From Strigamia acuminata (taxonomy: Eukaryota), in NCBI GenBank assembly GCA_949358305.1, contig OX442314.1, positions 21,762,001 through 21,826,000 on the forward strand: a DNA stretch of 64,000 bases, written 5' to 3'. Of the stretch, positions 37,601-52,600 are shown one piece after another. The stretch's first letter is position 1. Every line of letters starts with the position of its first letter. Below the pieces are notes generated by a model. It was not told the DNA's origin. It saw only the letters and a list, made by a program, of their open reading frames with translations, and did no database searches. A program made the position numbers and the translations under genes.

Positions 37601-40600
37601 TTATTTCCAGTATGCAACAACATACAGTGTGGTTCTTTGTCCTTTAAAGTTGAGTTTAATTTTAGATGACATAAGAAAAGAAGTTTCAACTGCTTGCTTC
37701 TGTTTTTACTTATCTAATGTGTTTGTTTATTTAAATATTTTTTTATTTTTTATTTTTCAATGTTGTTTTTGAGATTTATCTCCAAGGCAGAGCGAAGTTG
37801 GAGTGCAATACTTTCTTCCTCTGGGATTCACAGAAAATGAATTGGAATACTGAATTTTCTAGCAGTTCATAAATTGAGTTTATTTTATTGACTTGCAATA
37901 TTCTCAGTATTGGATTTGAAATACACATGAAAGGTGTTGCAATTCATCACAGAATCTATTGTGTGGATTTAGTGCAGCTCAAATTCACACAAATCAATGT
38001 TGTACATGACAAATTGTACTTCACTTGAAACATGGTGTGCGGTGTTTGTGGCAGTAGGCATTTTACTGTAGCTGCTTGTAATCCAGACTTAGCTTTTCTG
38101 GATGCTGCTACATTGCAATTGCTAATACGAAATTATGATTGAAAGAGCAAAGCGTACTTTTCTGCTTGAGTAACTACACAAGCTTCTATTCCCAAGTGCA
38201 CCGTAAAAATGAATTGGTAGTGCAAATATTGAACGCTTTAACCTCATGCCCTACGTGGAAGTTGTCAAGATTGTCAACTTACAAGTTAGAGATATTAAAA
38301 ATAAAATATTTAATAACCGGTAGAGTGCAGCCACTCAATAACGGCGCTTCACTGCAATGCTTTTGCAAAACTAGCTTTTCGTTGTTTTATTTTTTGTAAA
38401 AACTTTATTGTAGTGATCATTTGACCCCCAAAATGTTATTTCTAAATATAAAAAGGAAAATAATGGAGGGATTTGGATTTGGATTTGTAGTAAATTAGTT
38501 ATAATAATTGCAGTACATCAATTTCCAAAATAAAAATTATTTCTGTATCTCTAACTGATTTAAAAGTTAGTAATTGGTTGTGATTGAATGTGATCCATTC
38601 TGACACTATGTAAAATTTGGATTTGGTTGAGGAATGAGGTATTTAATTTTTCCGTTAATTTGTTGGGTTTAAGGGGATGTATAGATTTTAGTGAATGTAA
38701 TGCTGATGCCGCCTAACATACAGCTCCAGACGTGAATTACTGGATCTCTGAGCCAGCTATTAGCCTCCCTAGGGGCGGTCGTAAAGTGGAAAAGCAACGG
38801 TTATATAATCTTGAAACTAAATCCCTGTCCACCGGCGAGTTTCACAAACGACAGAAGGAGTCTGCTTCTTGCGTTGAGGACAATTGTGGATTGATCTCTT
38901 TGGTGATTGCGCCCAGAGGAGCCTGCAAGCAGCATTTGCGACCAGACATGGGAACAGGTGTGACCTGCTTTTGTCCAGTAAAGAAACCTTAATACTTTGT
39001 GTGCACTGGAGCAACTAAGCCGTTAATTCTAACGTGAAAATAAAGTATACGTTAATTTTGTTAAGTGTAAAGTTGTTGCTTTGTCCAGGAAATGCCTTGC
39101 CATCGCATTAATATAGAAATTCTATAGAAAATCGATCTAGCCTTTCTATCTAGTGGATATTGTATAGGTGTAGAAATTTGATATGCACAATCTTAGGGAA
39201 AATCGATATAGGAATAAATATAAATGACACGTGGAGAATACATGAGACAAACAAGGCACAACCCATATGGTTCAAAAATACGTTGAAATTATATTGCAGT
39301 ATTTATTATTTGTCAAATATGAATGCATTTTGGAAATGCATCAAGTGAATATTGTAAAATATACTTTTGAAGCATTCGGGATTAATGGGAAACGATAAGG
39401 AATTCACTTTTTAAGGCGCATATTTGAATACGTCTAATGACACTTGAATTATTTATATTTTTTCGTGAAGTAGTCGTGAGTTTTTTCCACTTTGAGTAAA
39501 AATTTAAAAAGTACGTAAGTAAGAAATTTGAATTGATGTAAGCTGTTTGCATGATTCATGAGCGTATATGCGGTTAGTGTGTCTGCTCTTTGCCATTTTC
39601 AATCTGGTTAGCAATATGCCGTCGTCGAGTTGAAGTTGGACGAGCTTAGCTTGCACTTTAAAAATGGCCATTAACGTAAAGGTTAAGCAGCTAATATTTT
39701 TGGTTTTGAAGGATGATCCAATAGTGTGTGGAATTTAGGTTGAAAAAGGGAGCAAAAGTTGCAACGAGTGTGCTGTGTGTGCACTCGCTTGCCTACACCT
39801 ATCTTCTTTTTTGATAAAAATTTCATCAGTTTCGTAACTCGCTTTCATGTTTTATGCATTAACTGGCGGAGTCCGTGGGTTAAAAGATGGATCAATTTAT
39901 TATTACATGCTGTCGAATTCAAGTACGTGCTGACTTTTTTTGTACGTAGGATTTAGACTGAATTTTATTCGTATTAATATTAATATTAATATTAATACTG
40001 ACAACCAAAAAATATTGCTGAAACGGTTTCACGAGTTTGAAGGTATAATCCAAGATGGCGTCAGCGTATCCCGCGTAATGTTGTCTTCCATGACACTACA
40101 CAACTACACAAGAAATAAAAATTATTGTCCTCAAACCCAAAGTCAAAGAAGATTTTTGGTTGCACAATTCGTGTTATCCAATTGATTCTGACGTTGATTT
40201 AAAGTATAAGTAAACATCCTGTTATAGACAGAACATTACGACACAAATACTTCGAGATCCCATTCCCTGGTCTTTAGGGAGAAAATGGAGAACATTTTAA
40301 GCATGACAGCCAAATTGGCAATTACATGATGTAACCTAGAAAGCAAAGAAAAACACTTAGGAAATTGGTTCATCAATAATGATGTGCTCGAGAAATGTAA
40401 TCAGAAATCACGCATAAATCACACTATAACATGCACATGTATAGACGGATTTGATGACCTCAGATATGTTTCATACAGTTCAGATTTTTTTCCATTCTTG
40501 GTTGGATTCAGTGGTATAAAATCTCTTTCTCGCTCTCTTCGTATCTGTTATCACCCTTGAGGATGCTACACAGTTTGTGCTTCAGTGGAGGCAGACGAGT

Positions 40601-43600
40601 AGTGGCGATTTCGGTTAGATCAAGATTTCTTTCTGTTATGGTCCAACCTGAGGTGGTTTTCTCACTTTTTCTTGATTCTTTTCTCCTTTCTTTATGTCTG
40701 CCTGGAGTTACTACCTCATAATTCGCAAAATAATAGGCGTTTATTTGATTTTTCGCCAATAACCATTGAGAATCTTCGAAAAGTAACAATTTTGTGATGT
40801 ATGTTCATGAGAAATGCACAATAATTTTATGAAATGCAACAGAAAATAGATTTATTGAACCTCTCCGCACCTCAATAGCAAGTTATAATAAAATGGATAT
40901 TTATAGTCACATTTCTTGTAATTTATTGAGCAAAATCGAGGGATTTTGGCGTCGAATAAATTCAAGGAAGAGTCAGCAGCGTCAAATCTTGGCCAATAAT
41001 TGGCGCATTTGAATGTTCCATCATGAGTTGACTGATGTTTTTTCTGATAAAGTTTGAGTTCTTTATTCGGCTCTGGTTCTGTTATTGACGGTATTCTCCT
41101 GTGCAGTAAATTGCATTTACATCTAAATCGGTGAAGGAACATGGTTCTGGTTTTAGGGCAGCGCCAAGCGGCTTCAATCGGATGTGCCAGGTACAAGAAA
41201 AGGGAGAAAATGAGATTTCCACCATTTTTCACACTATTGTAGTGAGGATGTGAGTTTTGTTTTTGTTTTACTACCGGAAATTGTTGAGTTTTAATTTTTT
41301 TATCAAATAAAAAACAAAAATCAATGGTGGTGTTTTTTATTTTTTTTTTAAATCTAGACGTATTGAACTAGTGACCTTTAAAGGGTTCTAAAAATAAGGT
41401 GTTTGTTATGGACAAAAAATTGAATTATTTGGCAGACAGAATGAGCAAATTTCCGGTTTGATAATTGGTTGATTTCAAGAATGTTTGCAAGGAATTCTTG
41501 TTCTGCTTCGCTGCAATACAATCAATTTATATTAATAATAATAATGAGATTTGTGGAATTTAATTTGCATTTCTTAAATTTTAATTTCTGTTTCTTAAAT
41601 TTTAATTTCTGTTTCTTAAATTTTAATTTCTATTTCTCAAAATTTTATTTTTATTTCTTAAATTTTTATTTTTATTTCATAAGTTTTAATTTTTAATTTT
41701 CTCATTACATTTTGATTAAAATTTATTTTGTTTTAAATATCCAATGAAATCTATCAAATCGGTATTACATGCAGTAAGACGACGAAATGGTTGCATATTT
41801 AAATAAGGGGCAGCAGGCGTATACACAACAGCAAAATGAAGGGCTTGGCTGCAATACTCCAACATTGAAATTCCAATAAATGGTAAACCAATCAATTCTA
41901 GCTTAATTCTTTTTAAATTTTTGATCAATTTGCACTTGGCTGCTCACTCCTTAAGTCGGGAAACGTTATGCAAATGCTGTTCTCATTATTTCAAGCCGTC
42001 CACCGCCGAATCCGTGTTCCTAAAATATTATTTCAATGAACACGCGAGCATTAAACGTTGCAGCTAAATCCCCACGCGAAACAGTGCTTAAGCCGACTTA
42101 ACATGCAAAATCTCCGTTTGTAATTGCCGCGCAAATGTCAAAAATTACACGTTCTACTCTTTGAAAATTTCACCAAAAACAATTACTAGAAGGAGATTTG
42201 CTGCACTCGCGTTATACTTATCATTCATGACAATGGAGATGCAGTTTTTTCTCTCTCGTTCTCTCTCGTCGACTTCACACGTTTTTTGCCAACGTATGTG
42301 ATTTTTGACAAGGTTTGCGATCAGATAAAATATAGTTTGCGTGGTAAGGTGGAGAGCAATTTGAAGATTGATCTCAACTTTGTGAAGGGGCTCCACCCTA
42401 ATTACTTTTGGAATTTATTTTCGTTTAACTTTATTTGAAGAGATGCCCCACAACCTGTCAATTACCAAAAACGGAAGTCTATCTTTTTTGACGTACGACT
42501 ACTCATTTTTGCTCAATTTGAAAAATATTCGTCTGCTGGAAAAACGTTTTTTTTTTTTGTGTCTGCGCCGTAAATTCTCCGAAGGATAATAATCTTGACA
42601 GAGAATCCCAATGCCATTTCCCTTTTCCATTTCCAATTCCTACAACATATACTGTATCGCTTCAATTTGTAGCAGTGGCAGCAAATGTCTCTCTGTCGAT
42701 TTTATAGCACTCTGTTTTGCGGTAAACTACAACACCTTGGCCTTTAAATCCTTTGGAAATCGCCAAATATATATGGAATACAAATCTGAAATTTCAAAGA
42801 AAGTTTGCCGTCTAAATTTCATACAATATCTGGAATTAATTTAAAGAAATGCAACTCACCTGTATTTAGATCTTTTCAATGGCGGGAACTTCATAACAAG
42901 CTACCCGAGACTCAAACTCTTGTACTTATTGTAACATTATTTCAGCATGATTAAAATGCAAATCTATTATTAGTTTGGTTATATTTTGAAAATTGTTTAC
43001 TTTTTAGAGTCTCGGGTAGCTTGTTTCGACTCCCAGCTCAGGACTCTTCGGAGTCCGAGCAGTTTGGTTTTTCAACCAGAAATTTGGGAGGCGGGACGTA
43101 AAGACCGTGAATTTGGTAGAAATAAAAATCGATGAAACTCATGGCACGACTCTCTAAAGGCCGTATTGGTTTTATCGTTCCACGAGGGTCAACACGGGAT
43201 TTTATAAGTGATTCTCGTGCTAAATTTCGTAACATGGTCTGATACACCGTGCTACACTTTATTGAATGCGCCTTTTATATGTTTAATAAATCGAGACTTT
43301 TGGGGAGTGGGTGCCTCTTACTCATTTTTGCACTTACTCTGACTTTTGAATTATTTGTTTGACCTTGCGCCGTTGCACGTGCCGAACTTCGCATTTATAT
43401 AATGCTTTCTGCGAATTGAAAGATATCAACTTTTTTTTCTTGGAAAAGTTGGCATTTATCATCATTTAATTCGAGTGGGAATTAATTAATCAAGTCGATA
43501 TATTACCTTTAAATGCTGACAAATTTTAAATTGACTTTAAAAATTTCAATTTTTTGTTAGGTTTCAGACATTAGTTGATTTTAGTGGTTTTTCCATTAAG

Positions 43601-46600
43601 AGAATAGATTATATGCTTAAAGGTGTTTTGTAAAATGAATGAATGGATTGGGTAATTTAAGCTTAAGCTCACCATTAATGGAATTTGATAAACTCGTTGG
43701 AGTTGAATGGGCACTTAGAAGTTTTTTCTAGTGCAGCGATAAAAAAATTTGTAAGAAAGTCTCATGCAAGCAACGAATAATGATTCCTTGTACTTTTACT
43801 GAAGATAATTTACTAGTAGAAAATTCGGTTTATGAATTAAACAAAGTGACATGCTCATTTAATGTTAATCTCAACTGACCAATTGCTTTGCCAGTTGTTT
43901 GTGTATGCAATTGCTCAGTTGACTTGAAAATCTACCGTATATACTCGCGTATAGTGCGAAATATTTATGCTAAATTTAGTCCCTGTGTTTGGGGGGGTCG
44001 CACTATACGCGAGTAATAAAAAAAAATTAAAATTAACGTAACGTACGTATTACGTTTCCTATTTCGTCCGTATTGCGTGCGCATTTCGACCGTATATAAC
44101 TTCGGCCATCGCTTATAACACACAATACAACCATCCAACCTACTGACAATCCGACAATCCAACCGAACGACAATCCAACACTCGAATACTGCAAGAATCC
44201 ATTTTAAAATTACTTTTTACCTAAATAAATAAACTTTTCTTAATCATATTTCCATTGTGGTGGCACACCACTACGGTAACTCGCATTATACGCGAGTACA
44301 CCATTTATTGCAAAAAAGGCGCCTTAAAGTGGGGGGGTCGCATTATACGCGGATCGCATTATACGCGAGTATATACGGTAATCAATAGTAGTGTTTGTAA
44401 TTTAAGCATTGTAAATAATTGAAATTCTTTTTATTTCACTTACAAATCTCAACACATGTTCAATGTTTGTCCTTGTTGTGTTATAAATAATAAATACAAT
44501 CTTTGTTTGATTTATTTCTGGCTAATTTATAATTTATGAAATGAACTTGAAAAAAAGAAACAATATGAACAGAAAAGAAAGAAATATTGTATAAAAAAAT
44601 TGAACCTTTTTTTTTTACAATATAATTCTTCTGTATGAAACAATAGAATATTTATGCATGAAAGAGCAGAACACTTCTATGAGAAACGATAGAACACATC
44701 TATGAGAAACGATAGAACACATTTATATGAGAAATAACCAGAACGCCTTCATTGGAAAACTAGAAACTACAAGAACATTTGTATGAGAAAACAATGAAAT
44801 AGATCTGTTATAGAAACAATAGAATACTTTATGAGTGGAATTCTATTGTTTACATGCACTGTACTACAAGTATATGGAAATTTTGACCTTGGACTTTTAC
44901 ATGAACCATTAAACGGGCCATTCCAGTGCATAACAGGAATCATTTATTATAACTTCAGTTTCGTGTATTTCATGGTTTGGAATTCGTCCAAAAAATGTTC
45001 ACAATGCTGCTTTAAAGTCAATAGCGGAACACCTCCGAACTTTACAAAATTCTGCACCAACTCCACAAAATTTACGTCGTCAGAAAATGCTGTTTTACAT
45101 TATCCCATCACATTAACAGCACGCGTGTGTCTGATGTTCCGTGAGAATAAAGATCAAGACAATTTTGCACCAAATATTGATCGAAATAAAATAGCTGGAT
45201 TTGACGGTGTTTGGTGTTTTCTTGCGGCCAAAGGTTGACTTGCTGCGGCCGCAAGATTAAACTCCGTCCTTGGTTGCCTACTCAGTACAGTAAAATGTGA
45301 AATTATTGTTGCTGGTGTTGTGCCAAAGTCTGACACGATGTTTACTGTTTCTAATAGAATATAGTGTTACAGTAACAGCTGCTGTTCAAGGTTCTTCCGA
45401 GATAGAGTTTATATACGCACACCTACTCATCTTTAATTCTATTTGTGAATAAGAAAAGAAGAAACGACTCTTGGTGAACCTTTAATGTTTAATTTGTACG
45501 CAGCTGAAGAAAATGTACTTTGAATTTTTTCCTTGTAATTCTAATTAATTTTAATTACTGTATTTATTTATGCATTCTTAGATGAACTCGGGGCCTGATT
45601 AAGACTTCGGAGGGTGGAAGGGCGGAGCACTTCGACAGGGGGGGCATCAATCAGGACCGAATTATAAGTTCTGAAAGGAAAAGGGCTCCGTAGGACTGCA
45701 GAGTCCCTTAATTCCAAAATAACAATGTTTGCTCGAGAAAAATTTTCAAAAATAAATATTTTCAGGGAGATAAATGCATTTTTGTGGGAAATAAATTCAT
45801 TTTGAGCTGAAAAAATTGGATTTTGACGCAAAACAATGCGTTTTCCGGTGAAATAATGCGTTTTTATCTGAATAATGTATTCAGTTCATGTACTGTGTAC
45901 CAGGGGGTCCCTTAGAATCGGGAGGCCCGGGGCATTTGCTCACTTGGTCATCCCCTTAATCAAGTCCTGGTATATAACTTAATAAAGAGTGGCGTACTGT
46001 CGCGAGCCTCGTGCTCACTCATCAAGACAACACTTAACTTTTATCTATTCTGGGAATCCTACAGGGTTGGGATTGCATGTCCATGGATGGACAGATGAAA
46101 TAAATAGTCATTTCTGCTCCAAGTGGGGCAGATAAAATAATGATATATACAGACATAAAATGGAGGACAACAAAATAAGAACAGGAACTTCTCCATCGTA
46201 TTTCTGCCACCCAACAAAATGGCTGCAAACAAAAACTGCTTTGGGTAGTTGTTTTTAAAGGCTTATACTTTAAACCAGCAACCGTAAATCCCCACTATAA
46301 TATAACGTGAAGAGAATATGCTTTAGTCGAAATACTGCGTACGTATTAGTGGCGGAATGTCACGAAAGAGTGACGATTGGTTCTGCTAATATGCGGGCGT
46401 GAGCAACACGTCGATGAAGATCGGTGAATTTCATTCCGCAATGTGGGCGAAACGACGCTGCAACAAGTCACCGAAGAGTGGCTTGTTGGCCGTCCTCGAA
46501 TCAAAGCTATTGCTTTTTTTTTAACTGCTTTAACTGGTTGTGACAAAGAATAGAATAGTCATCACTGTTGGGCAATCCTCTTGTCTTTAAGTGTTCTCCA

Positions 46601-49600
46601 CCAAAACAAATGAAACAGAATAATGCGCAGTTAAATGGAATACATTTGACGATTTTTGGAAAAAAAATTACAGTACTTGATCATAAATTGAGGTTTTCGC
46701 AGCTTTTTTTGTGTGTGGTAATTACGATATATTCATAAATGTGCAACTTTATGACTGGAATTCTATTTTTAAAGAAAAAATATGGAGACATGACATGAGA
46801 GCAATCATCATTCATCAAAACAATTGCTGAAATCTGTGTCACATCATTACATTTCGCTCTCATGTCGTATTTTCACTTTGTGTCATATTGTTCGGTTTTT
46901 TTCTTTTTCACTAATGTATATAATTAAAAGCATAAATTTTGGTAATTCAGATCAAAAGAATCAAAATTTAATTAGTTGAATTTGTTTCCATTTAATATTG
47001 TGTTTGCTCGGCTTTTCCATCCAATTTAACTGCTAGGTAATTATCTGAAATTGAATCTATATATTCATTGAAAATGTTCAAAACTCACTTTTAGTTCTTC
47101 ATTTACAATGGGTTAATTAAATACGGCTTTAGAAATCTCATGTCGTGTGTTCTTAAGAAAAGTGTTAGAAATATTAGCAGTGGTGCAAACAAAAAGTTGT
47201 TTCTGAATGTTCACATCTGTTGTAGTGAACCTTAAAAGGCATTTGTCTGCAAATCGTGTCCTTATCCAACAATCTCGTTGAATGATCAAAATGTTGACAT
47301 AGAAAGTAGACTTTTGTTTATGGAGACACAGTTGAGGTCTGGAATTGCAATTCACACGAAATGTCAACACGAACATGACATAAAATGACTGCTTTTCCTG
47401 ATAACAAGTCTTTGCCGGAAGTTGGGATCTAGGAACTGCTCCTAAAGAAAAGTATACAGTTTATCGATTAAACGTTGACATACTTTCCGTACGGTACATG
47501 CATTCTTTGTTCCTGGTCGTCGTTGCTATTGCATAACAGCTCGGCCTATACTGCTGCCATCTGTGCGTTAAATAAAATATCTCTCGTGAATCTGTCACAA
47601 CGCCGTATCTATCTTTTCTTTCGTTGACGTCAATTTGTTGACATAGTCAAAATTGAATTGTCATGTTTGAGTTACCAATAAATGGCGTTATTAAAGTTTA
47701 ATAAAAATAAAAGGTCGAATGGTTAAGCCAATTTTTGCTGAGTTTGCTATTTAAAGAATTCTCTTAGCAACAAGTTTGAGTGAAATTAGAATGTAATAAA
47801 GTACTATTTTAATGAAAATGAGAATTAAATTAAATTTGAAATGTTATTAATTCTTGCAGGATAATCATTTTGTGCAACATTTTGGCCTTCTTCGATTTCG
47901 GGGTCGTAACTCAATGCATATTGGATCTACACGAGCATGTTGTCGGTTACATCTTCATCCTAAGCGGTTGCATTGTCGTTGAAGCATCCATGTCGTGGGT
48001 CAGTATGAAAGGAACGATTTTGTATGCGGAGCCAAGGACGTCGATGGAATATTTGCTTTACGTCAGATTAGGTAAGAACTAAAAAGAACTAGGTATTTTT
48101 TAAAACTTGGATTCAGTCGAAGGCACTTGATAGACTTGTAATTACATTAATGAATTTGAAGATGTGGGTGTGTAACACGATGTGAAAGTCATTTTCGCAC
48201 ATCAGCAAGTGATTAATCTAGCAGAAACTTGGTTTCCTAGTAGCAGTGTATTTAATGAATTTATTGCTACGAGAACTCCCTTCAGCTCTGAGCGATAGAT
48301 GAATCTTATGTTTGTGTGTTTCCGTTTATCAAATATCGATTGTTTAATTCTTTTTGTTTGAATTTATTTTGCAGGTTTTATGCTCGTGGAGTTGGCTTGG
48401 TTGATTATCGGGGTCGTGTGGATGGTGCAGCATTATACGACTTGTCCAATTGGACTTGCAAAAGAAGCGGTTTTAGGTAATGGATGCGAAATTTAAAATT
48501 CATGTTTTTTATTTTGTGGGAAATCTAATTTTCTTTTCGGCGATTTGAAAGTGTTTTCTTATGGTTTTAATACTGGGGGGCAGCATTGATCGTGATGCTG
48601 ATGAATGAGCATCTCCTTCAGCAGAATCGATTTATAAAGTGCAACTTTAAACAGAACTCTGGCCTTTTATAGAAACCACACTTATCAAGACCTCTTTTAG
48701 CTATGTTTCCACAGTATATTGACGGAGAAAAAAAATTGCAAAAATGTGGACATTTTACATCTAGTTTTTAAAAAATGTTTATTTGAAATTTTGTTTGAGG
48801 AAAGAAAAGATGGGAATGAGGAATTTTTGGATGTAAACATTTAAGGCTTGAGGAGATTGAGGGAATTTTTAATTTTTAATTGAAGAATTGTTTAAAATTG
48901 ATGGCTCAGTGCTTATTTGCTTTTGTCTTGGCTGCGTTGAGGTAGAATTAAAACGATTCCGTTTTTGTTTGTTGTAGGCATTATTGTGTGCAACTGGTTT
49001 GTGCTGTTTAGTGTATTGATTACCATTTGGTGTACTTTCGACGCTGCAGGCCGAAGTTGGGTTAAAATGAAACGATATCAAAGATCATTGAAAGACGGGA
49101 AAACAAAATTCAACTACAAACGATCAGGAAGTACACACAGAGATTGGAGACAGAGGTATAGTTTGGTTGTTTTTAATTAACCCTCTCAAATTAAATAAAA
49201 ACAGTATCGCATTTTGTAAATGTTAAAGTGCAATTTTTATGCAAAATACTTCTGTTTATTGCTCAGAAATAAATATTTTATGTGCAAAAGTATACTTTTT
49301 ATGTGCAAAAAATGCACTTTTTGCAAACGATTTACTTTTTATAGCTGAAAATGCATTTTCTTTTTTTGGGTGGAAATGTACATCTTCAAGTGCCGTCACG
49401 GGCGACAAACTGCTTTTAACACCCCATTAGACTTCTTCATTATTCATGACACATTTTTCAAATTTAATCATATATGTCAAAAAGTCAATAGACTTTTTTT
49501 CGTTATTTCTTTTATAAATTGAGTTGAATGAAATTTTCTTTTCTTTTTTTAGAAAAGTGATGAGGGCGTATCAAGAAAGTTGGAACACGAGATGTCGAAT

Positions 49601-52600
49601 GATATTTTGCTGCATGGGAAATTCAGATCAAAGTAGAGTAAGTTTATGTGCACTTTGGATTACTGAAAACTCGCATTACGTAACCGCGGCCTCCTATAGT
49701 TTGCGAAATTTTGCTTGTCAGTTTAAGCGGATGTAGATAAATTATTTACTGCGAGATCATTTATTCATTCATTCATTCATTTATGTAGTATAAATAAGTT
49801 TTCAGAGTTGATGTTGATGTCATAAATAAACTCAATTATTAATAATATTGAGGTTAATTTTACTATTAAATCTTAAAATCAGATTTGTGATGTTAAATCA
49901 TGGGCGTTTCTAATATGCTGCTCTTCAAGGTTTGCTGCGGAGCATTTAGGAAATTATTTTGAATTTACTGACAGAAATCAGTGAATTATTATTATTACTT
50001 TTTTAATTTTATTCAAATTAATATTTTTCAGAATTCGTTTGCTGAAATAGCCAAACTTCTATCGGATTTTTTCCGCGATTTAGATGTGGTTCCATCTGAT
50101 GTGATTGCTGGATTGGTGCTCTTAAGAAAATTCCAGAAACTAGAGAGACAAGAAATAATTGCAAAAGTAATATTTCATCCACTGTTTTGTTATTTTATTT
50201 TACATTAAAAAATAAACTGTTTCATACAACCAACAGAGGCGTAACAAAACCTATGAATTCTTATCCGGCATTCCCATAACACCTGACAGTAAATTTCTCC
50301 CATTCAACGACACTGTGAGTTATCATCAAGTCTCATATATCGATTAATTAATTCAATATTTATTTATATTTTTATTTATAGGAAGTGTTGGAAAAATTCA
50401 AATGTGTCATTCATTACATGCAATATGCAATTTCAGCCTACGGTTGGCCCATGTACGTAAAAGTGAATTCCGGTACTGGAATATGTCGTTTGTTTCCTCA
50501 TTTACGCTGTTGTTGTTGCTTCTGCTGTGGCCGGAATCAAATTGATAAAGTGAACATAGTCGAAGATAATTGCTGTGATTGTAACTATGCAGCTTTGCAA
50601 AAGCTCTGCGAATTAAACAACGTTGAAATAGTATACGTTACGTATCATGTTGAGATTGGTGAAACACCATTTTTCGTGGCTGTGGATCATGAGCGTAAAA
50701 AAGTTGTCGTTTCTATACGAGGAACTTTGTCCATGCAAGACATCTTAACGGATTTGAATGCTGAAGGGGAGCAGTTGCCCACAGATGTGTTGCACGACGA
50801 TTGGTTAGGCCATAAAGTGAGGAGAAGTGCGTGCAATGTTAACTCACACGTGGACTGCAACACATGTTTCTAATTGCAGGGAATGGTGCAAGCAGCTGAA
50901 TACATACGTCACAAAATGGAAGATGAAAACATCTTGAGTGATGCCTTTGAATTCAATTCGGAAAAGAACACTGCCAGTTATGAATTGGTATTAGTTGGCC
51001 ACTCTCTCGGAGCTGGTACAGCAGCTATTTTGGCCATATTACTTAAAGATCAGTATCCTGATCTCCAATGTTATGCGTATTCTCCACCAGGAGGACTTCT
51101 CAGGTATAATTTGAATGTTTATAGATAAAATTTGATTCTTTTTAAATAAAATTTGAATTTTTTAAAATAAAATTTGAATTTTTTAAAATAAAATTTGAAT
51201 TTTTTAAAATAAAATTTGAATTTTTTAAAATAAAATTTGAATTTTTTAAAATAAAATTCGAATTTTTTAAAATAAAATTTGAATTTTCAAAATAAAATTT
51301 CTTTTTGCATAGAATTAGATTTTTTTAAAATAAAATTTGAAGTTTTTAGAGGAAAACTTTAATTTATGTGAAAATTAAACTATTTTTAATTTAATAGTCC
51401 ACGCAATATTATTATCTCGTCCCGTAGTATTAAAACTGAAATGTGGCAACCCGAATTAAAACAAACTTTATGTTCACCAATCATATCTCGTAAATGTCAA
51501 CCTTCAAATCCAAATTTGTAGTTTTATATATCAACGCGGTGGGAAGCTGCGGTTGTCAAGCCAACACGTTTGGTGACAAAAGACTCGTTTGAGCATTGAA
51601 GTGGACACACTTCCGCCTCGCTTTAGTTATTACACTTACAAAAAAAATATGATTAATATTTTACCATTAATTTTATTTACAGCATGCCTGCTGTCGAATA
51701 CACTAAATCATTTATTACATCTGTGGTAGTAGGAAAAGATGTAGTGCCTCGAATTGGTCTCCATCAAATGGAGTCTCTTCGCTCGGATTTAATTAATGCC
51801 ATTCAAAGAAGTACTGAACCCAAAGTAAGTCCCAAAATGAATAAAAAATGTAATAATAAATGTTTTAAGTCCTTTTACTCCCATTGAGTAATAAAATATA
51901 TTATCGTTTAAGTGGAAAGTGATCACTCAGAGCATGATGTGTTGTGGAAGCGAAAACCTCGAAGAATGGCAAGACGCAAACAAAGCGCGAAAGGAATCGA
52001 ATAGGAATTTAACCATTCATCCGAGTGACTCTTCCATCGCCCTCACTGCTCATCAACCATTGTATCCTCCTGGTAAAATCATTCACATAGTTCGTCATCA
52101 TCCGAAGAAAGACGAGTGAGTGTTGGTCCGTTTTGGCATTGGAATTACATGACATTGCCAGTTGCTATATCTTGTTTTCTCCTACGTTTAATCATGCCAA
52201 TACACTTTTGTCGTGTTATTAGTCTAATTATGTACGGTATATTTGATTATAACGCTTCTAGGCAATGTCGCTAATCCTGTATCAAATATAAATTGCTACT
52301 TGTTCGATTCGAGTACAAAATTGTGCATTTATTTTGCTATAACCTGTGCTATGTGTGTTTATAGATTTTGTTTGTTTCCATGCATGCAGCTTTAAGTATG
52401 ACACAAAATGGAGGTGAGATTAACAGCTAATAAGTATTTTTTTTTAGTTTTTAGTTTGCATATTGATTTTTAATTTTTATTTTTTTTGAAAAAGTACGAG
52501 ATATTTTAATAGATATTCTGCCTTTTTAACATTTGACTAGGCAATTAGTTAAGCAAAATGATCCGGTATATCAAGCTGTGTGGGCTGACAATACGGATTT

